From: a virus
Lineage: Duplodnaviria; Caudoviricetes
Direction: 5' to 3' (one strand)
DNA length: 64,000 nt
Virus record (IMG/VR): IMGVR_UViG_3300015615_000196
Span: 288,001 to 352,000 of that record
Of this stretch, positions 58,945-64,000 are shown piece by piece (the first letter of the stretch is position 1; each line of letters starts with the position of its first letter). The notes below the pieces were generated by a model, which searched no databases, was not told the DNA's origin, and worked only from the letters and a program-made list of their open reading frames with translations. Made by a program: the position numbers and the translations under genes.

Positions 58945-59444
58945 TAAACGATAAATTCGATTCTGAGATCATTAAAGCAGTGCACGAGATACATGCCAAA
59001 CTGGAAGGTCGTGTTGTTTTTGCTGGTAGCTTTGGTTTGAAGTATTACGGGTTGCTTGATCGTTTGATCAAAGACCTTGATGTATTCACTGAACACTGGT
59101 ACTACGGTACAGAAGAAGCAGTAACAGAATTAAATCGAATATCATCTGGTAAGTTCTATGTGAATGGTAAAGAAGTTCTTTGCGTACACGGAGAAACATC
59201 AAATGGTATTCAGGTAGATTACTTTTACAAACATAAAGAACCATTGGAATTTAATCTTGTAGATTTTCACGGTGTAGAAATTAAGATTGAAGACCCCAAA
59301 TTTGCCATTCAAGCAAAGGAGCAATACGCAAAGAACAATTCCCAAGATGCATTCAATATTCAAAAGCATAAAGACGATTTATTATACATTTATGGTTTAC
59401 AAGATGAACCATATGAATCCACTGTAGATGATTTACCGTTTTAA
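58941..59444 (+). CDS. nucleotidyltransferase-like protein
   Basis: FAGSFGL...R..KDLDV. Confidence 0.65.
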   Translation: MINDKFDSEIIKAVHEIHAKLEGRVVFAGSFGLKYYGLLDRLIKDLDVFTEHWYYGTEEAVTELNRISSGKFYVNGKEVLCVHGETSNGIQVDYFYKHKEPLEFNLVDFHGVEIKIEDPKFAIQAKEQYAKNNSQDAFNIQKHKDDLLYIYGLQDEPYESTVDDLPF

Positions 59445-59823
59445 TGTAAATAAAAACCGTTTAATAGATTGGGCAAAAGAGTTGGTTCCTATGCCAAAAG
59501 AACTCTTTGGTCGTTGGGGTAGAAATGGTTGCTGGCGTTGGAGATTAGTTCATCACGTTCAGTGGTGGGATGATAAGTATAGTTATATGTGTAATGAATT
59601 CATTTACATCGTAGACTTTGTACACGGCAGCATCCATCATAGATACCGAATGATACGTAACAGCAGAGAAACCAATCCATCTGTATCTTTTGCACGAGGA
59701 ATGGAATTAAAAATGAAAGATTTTATTGTAGAAAACGTACCTATTAATGGAAAGGAATGGTGGTTACGTTCAACACCAAAGAAAATTTAATTGTATATTT
59801 GTCATATTTTAAAAAAACGCACT

Positions 59824-60318
59824 ATGAAATCACTAATTTCAATTCTGGCTGTCATTGCACTCGCATTCACAACCACCTCATGTACAGAGAATTACGCTAA
59901 TGGAGAGCGTATTGGTTTGGTTACTCAATTCTCGGTGAGTGGCATCATTTGGAAATCATGGGAAGGGCATTTAAACCTTACGCAAACAGGAATGAATTCC
60001 AGTTCGGCACAACCCTTTGATTTTTCAATTGATAACGATAGGCCAGACGAACAGGTTATCGCACTAATTGATAGTGCTGCCAATCAGGGGTGGAAAATAA
60101 AACTCACCTACCATGAAACATATGGAAAAAATTGGTTTTTAAATCGTGGTGAAACATCACATTTCATCACTAAGGTTGAAATACTTGATCGTAATCCTAT
60201 AGCAAATGCATTTAATGGTGAGAAAATTACTCACACTGCCCCTGCTTTAACTGGTAGAGTGATTGATACAGTTTACGTGGTTATAATTCCCAAATCACGA
60301 GTACTTCCAGAGAAATAA
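59824..60318 (+). CDS. lipoprotein
   Basis: lipobox TTSC; GERIG...G..WKSWEG.L. Confidence 0.75.
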   Translation: MKSLISILAVIALAFTTTSCTENYANGERIGLVTQFSVSGIIWKSWEGHLNLTQTGMNSSSAQPFDFSIDNDRPDEQVIALIDSAANQGWKIKLTYHETYGKNWFLNRGETSHFITKVEILDRNPIANAFNGEKITHTAPALTGRVIDTVYVVIIPKSRVLPEK

Positions 60319-60621
60319 ATCCAATGAGAATCAACGAGTTAGAAGCGAATGAGTTGATCAATTTGATCAAGGTACTCAAGTACTATGATAAGCATAGGGC
60401 TGGAATATTCATGATTGCAAAATTGCAAGAATTAGAGGTTATTCTGCCAAATGGTTCTGTGAATGAAGGGACGTTAAAACACCTAACGTCAATAGAAAAA
60501 AAGTTGAAAATCTTACTTCGTCAGGCTAAGAAAATAAAATAAATGAAAAAAGATTTGTAATTCTCAGCCCGAATTGTAATATTTGTTCTGTCATTTTACT
60601 TTTTAACAAAACTTAATTTCT

Positions 60622-61503
60622 ATGTCAAATCAAAACTCAATGTTTTTCCCGGCAAATCAGCCAACCACACAGGTGATTAACATTTCACCTGCACTGGCAG
60701 ATTCACTCCTTCAAAGAAACAAGTTGAATCGCAACTTGAAGAAGGCACAAGTAGCTACCTATGCAGAACAAATGCGTCAAGGAAGGTTCCAATCCTTGAA
60801 TGGTCAAACCATCAGCGTTGCAGGTAATGTTGTAAATGGAACTCTCTTGGATGGTCAACATCGTTTGACTGCCCTGATCGAAGCTGGCGTTACACTTCCT
60901 TTCTTGGTTGTGAGCGGACTTAGCGAAGATGTTATTCCGACAATCGACATCGGTGCAAAGAGAACGGCTGGTGACTTGTTCGATATGAACAAGATTCAGT
61001 ATGGCCGTATTCTTTCCGCAGCAATTTCGACTTATGCGAAATTGGTTTATCGTGCTGAGAACGATAAGCGTAAGATTGAAGGAGAACTTTCAGCATACAG
61101 GCTGACTCCTGAATCAATCTTCCATCTGTACATCAAGAACTCAAAGGATGCAGATGAAATTGTGAAGCTGGCCTTCTCATTCTACGAGAAGTTCAACATT
61201 ATCGGCCCTTCACAAATCGGTGGTATGATGCTCTACACCAGACTCCACAGCGTATTCAAGCACCGTGCGGATGCTGAATTCTGGAAGCCATTATTCACTG
61301 GTGAGAATGCTTCTGGAATGGTGAACGTATGCCGTAACTACCTGATCAACGAATTGGGTAAGCCGAAGTACAACCGCAGAAGTGCGACTGAACTTGTGAA
61401 CGCGATCATCAAAGCGTACAACACGCATTTTGGTATGCCTACCAAAACGTTGAAGTCTACGTCTTTGACCATTGCCACCAAGAGTGACAAGGCGTTCCTT
61501 TAA
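60622..61503 (+). CDS. ParB/Srx-like (DGQHR) domain protein
   Basis: NR.L....V..Y..QM..G, LDGQHRL.A, ID.G.KR. Confidence 0.75.
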   Translation: MSNQNSMFFPANQPTTQVINISPALADSLLQRNKLNRNLKKAQVATYAEQMRQGRFQSLNGQTISVAGNVVNGTLLDGQHRLTALIEAGVTLPFLVVSGLSEDVIPTIDIGAKRTAGDLFDMNKIQYGRILSAAISTYAKLVYRAENDKRKIEGELSAYRLTPESIFHLYIKNSKDADEIVKLAFSFYEKFNIIGPSQIGGMMLYTRLHSVFKHRADAEFWKPLFTGENASGMVNVCRNYLINELGKPKYNRRSATELVNAIIKAYNTHFGMPTKTLKSTSLTIATKSDKAFL

Positions 61504-61523
61504 TCGGTAGCCAACATATAACG

Positions 61524-61558
61524 AAAACCACCATTTCATTTGGAATGGTGGTTTTTTT
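61524..61558 (+). terminator. intrinsic terminator
   Basis: AAAACCACCATTTC-ATTT-GGAATGGTGGTTTT plus Ts. Confidence 0.8.
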
Positions 61559-62793
61559 GTTTAAATTTGTGTATGGTAACAAAGCAGAAAAGTTGGGAAA
61601 CCGTTTTTTTCAAAGCAACAAAACGGAAATCGGCTAAAGCAGGAGACACCGAAGTGACAGTTGAATTAAATTACAACCACATCACAAAAAGATTCACGCT
61701 CAATACTCCGCATGAAGAATCGGTATCGTTTAAAGACGATAACGTTGAACAAGCGGAACTAAAAGCAGAGGCAGTACTTGCAGCAGTCAGGTATATAAAA
61801 ACACTCAAATGAAACACATCACCCTCAACACCAAGAAACTCAAAAAGAAAAAACTGATTGAGATTGCTCAAGGGAGAAAGTATTTGCAAATCACTCCGTA
61901 CACTGAGAAGGAGAATGGTTTGTGGATCGCCTGTATCGAAGGTCTTCATCTTCTTTCAAAGAACAGAAAGAAGGATGGAAAGATAAAAAGAAAAACATTC
62001 ACCATCGTTGAAGTATTGCACATCATGCATACAGCATTCGATGCTGGTATACTAAGCACAAAACCAGAAAAGGAAAACTCATGTCCCTTACCACAACCGC
62101 AGGATGCACCTGTCAGCGAGAAATAGAACTTGGACTACCACGTACCAAGCATTGCTTCGTTGCCTGTGAATCACAAAGAAACGAATTTGATTTCGTAAGT
62201 AACTTGATGAAAGGTTTCTACCAAGACATAGAAACCTTTTGGGTTGAACATGGTGGCAAACCTCACCTTGATGCTGACCTTTCCTTTTACGAAAGCGATT
62301 GGGAAATGTTAATGAGTGTGGTTGAAATGATTGAAGGTCTCGGCTACCACACCATCATCTATCGCCAAGAAGACGGACAAGAAATGATGATCACTGATGG
62401 AAGTCCATCGTATAACTTAAAAGCAGAAAATTGCATCGTACCTAACGAACCAGCACCTCTTACTAAAACAAAGAAGCAAGCAGTGTTCGAAACGGTATTG
62501 AAGTTTATCTTCTGGTACAACAGAAATATGAAATGATTGTATACGCATTCTACTACAACCCAATGACCGAAGAAAGTGGTGACATGACCATGAGTCTTCA
62601 CTTTGATCGTGCTGATGCTGAACGAGAAATGGAAGCGCACAAAGCAAAAGAAAAAGAGCAATGGTACAAGATGTACGTTGCAACTGGTGAACCGGAAACA
62701 GAAGAGAAGTACGAAGAACCATACCCGTTCGGTTGCTTCCAAGATTGGAGAGTGGGAGAGGTAGAAGTTCAGGGCACACCGAAAACTTAAATA

Positions 62794-63180
62794 ATGATTG
62801 ACAAGATTGCTGCCGACCACAGCATGATCCTTATTCGAATTACCAGTGGTGATCGCTACTGTAAAGCAAATGGTGAGGACAACTACATCAACAGTAGTTA
62901 CATTGCTGGTGATGAAATTTATCTTGGTATCTACACTGATAAAGAACTCGAACTCATTTCCTTCTTTCATGAAATGGGTCACCATTTGGACAAAATAGAT
63001 TGGAGCAAAGGGGCAGACAAATACACCAAGTATAAGTCAGAGGCAAATGCGTGGAAGATCGGTATTGCTTTTGCAAAAGAACACGGTGTGACCTTCTCCA
63101 AATCCGCGATTAAGTGGGCGCAAAAGCAACTGGAAACATATCGAGCGGACAAGCAACCTTTTTTGAAAATTGCCGTATAA
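62794..63180 (+). CDS. HExxH metallopeptidase-like protein
   Basis: FFHEMGH...EANAW. Confidence 0.7.
   Translation: MIDKIAADHSMILIRITSGDRYCKANGEDNYINSSYIAGDEIYLGIYTDKELELISFFHEMGHHLDKIDWSKGADKYTKYKSEANAWKIGIAFAKEHGVTFSKSAIKWAQKQLETYRADKQPFLKIAV
63155..63179 (+). promoter_or_regulatory. phage promoter AACCTT-N13-CGTATA
   Basis: motif match. Confidence 0.75.
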
Positions 63181-63198
63181 TAGGGAAATAACACATAT

Positions 63199-63597
63199 AT
63201 GCCCTGCAACAGCGATTACTTGAATCCCACAGAAGAAGAAGCAAACCGCAAATTGGTTTGTGAACTCCTTATCTTCGTGAACGGTAAAATCCGTGCGAAG
63301 ACTGACAAGAAGATCATTGATGCAGCAAAACACGCATACGGTGATGGTGTCGAACTCAATGCAGTGGTAGTCCAACTTTGTGATCGCCTGAGCGCACTCA
63401 GCACCAAGCAAAAAAATTCAATCATCTACAACGGCAAGAACGAAACCTCTCGCAAACTTGCTGACTGGTGGGATGAACACGTCAAGGCAGACAAGAACCG
63501 TGTCCATGCAGAAATGCAGGAAGCTAAAGATGCGAAGGCACGGAAGAAAGCACTCAGCAAACTTTCAGTACACGAACGTAAACTTCTCGGACTCTAA
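63199..63597 (+). CDS. conserved phage protein
   Basis: MPC.SDY...WW.EH..AD...ALSKLS..ERKLLGL. Confidence 0.75.
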   Translation: MPCNSDYLNPTEEEANRKLVCELLIFVNGKIRAKTDKKIIDAAKHAYGDGVELNAVVVQLCDRLSALSTKQKNSIIYNGKNETSRKLADWWDEHVKADKNRVHAEMQEAKDAKARKKALSKLSVHERKLLGL

Positions 63598-64000
63598 TGA
63601 CTAAGGAAGAACATTTAATCGAACGCGAAAAATTCCAGTGGGGTTCATACGGAAAACTTGGTGACAAACCTCTCCGGTGGACGATCCTGAAAAACATTTC
63701 AGACTCGCATTTGATGCGAATTGTTGAACACTTGAAGTTGAGACGTTCAATGGCAAGTCCGATATACGACACACATGGAGCGGACTACGTTCTTGCTCTG
63801 ATGGAAACGGAAGTGACATTCAGAACTACGAACTACATCTTTGTACCTGAAACATATGACTAACATGGAAACAAAAAGATTTTTACTTGGCGAAGGTGCG
63901 CTCACATGGAATGCGATTGAACGTAGAAGCGACCGCTATGGTTCCGTTTATTGCTGTGACAAAAACAGTGAGGAAGCAACTATTTCTCCCAATGCAAAGA

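Noticed and set aside
1-64000. Window-wide TAG reassignment
   Set aside because: Long genes are uninterrupted under code 11, and the TAG readthroughs I checked produce no in-frame fusions

Overview
This window reads as a 64 kb segment of a large (jumbo-type) lytic dsDNA phage, probably infecting a Bacteroidota host. The evidence is dense small ORFs with stop/start overlaps, no clear Shine-Dalgarno sites, TAnnTTTG host-type promoters, an rIIA/rIIB-like pair and no structural genes. Recognisable proteins include an AAA ATPase, a DRB0094/Rnl5-type RNA ligase, RtcB, a HAD phosphatase, a PIF1-like helicase, an ATP-dependent DNA ligase, a PARG-like macrodomain and nucleotide-pool enzymes (NDT x2, NT5C, MazG x2, NUDIX). 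Host-like genes include phenylalanine hydroxylase, RfbB, a GAF-HisKA protein, a pentapeptide-repeat protein, an outer-membrane barrel and an S3-type KH protein. About 19 copies of a phage promoter (AAC(C/T)TT-N13/14-CGTATA) punctuate the window. The most striking signal is two non-coding RNA loci, each behind that promoter. Locus 1 (minus strand, ~10260-11292) is a ~1 kb cassette containing an amber-suppressor tRNA, two tRNA-shaped RNAs whose anticodon loops are replaced by 48-nt and 98-nt structured inserts, an atypical tRNA and several unclassified folded RNAs. Locus 2 (plus strand, 46992-47537) is a tRNA-like element followed by a ~420-nt pseudoknotted RNA with a complete tRNA-like cloverleaf nested in one arm, then a terminator. 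All structures were folded by eye and all family assignments come from motif recognition; no database searches were run.
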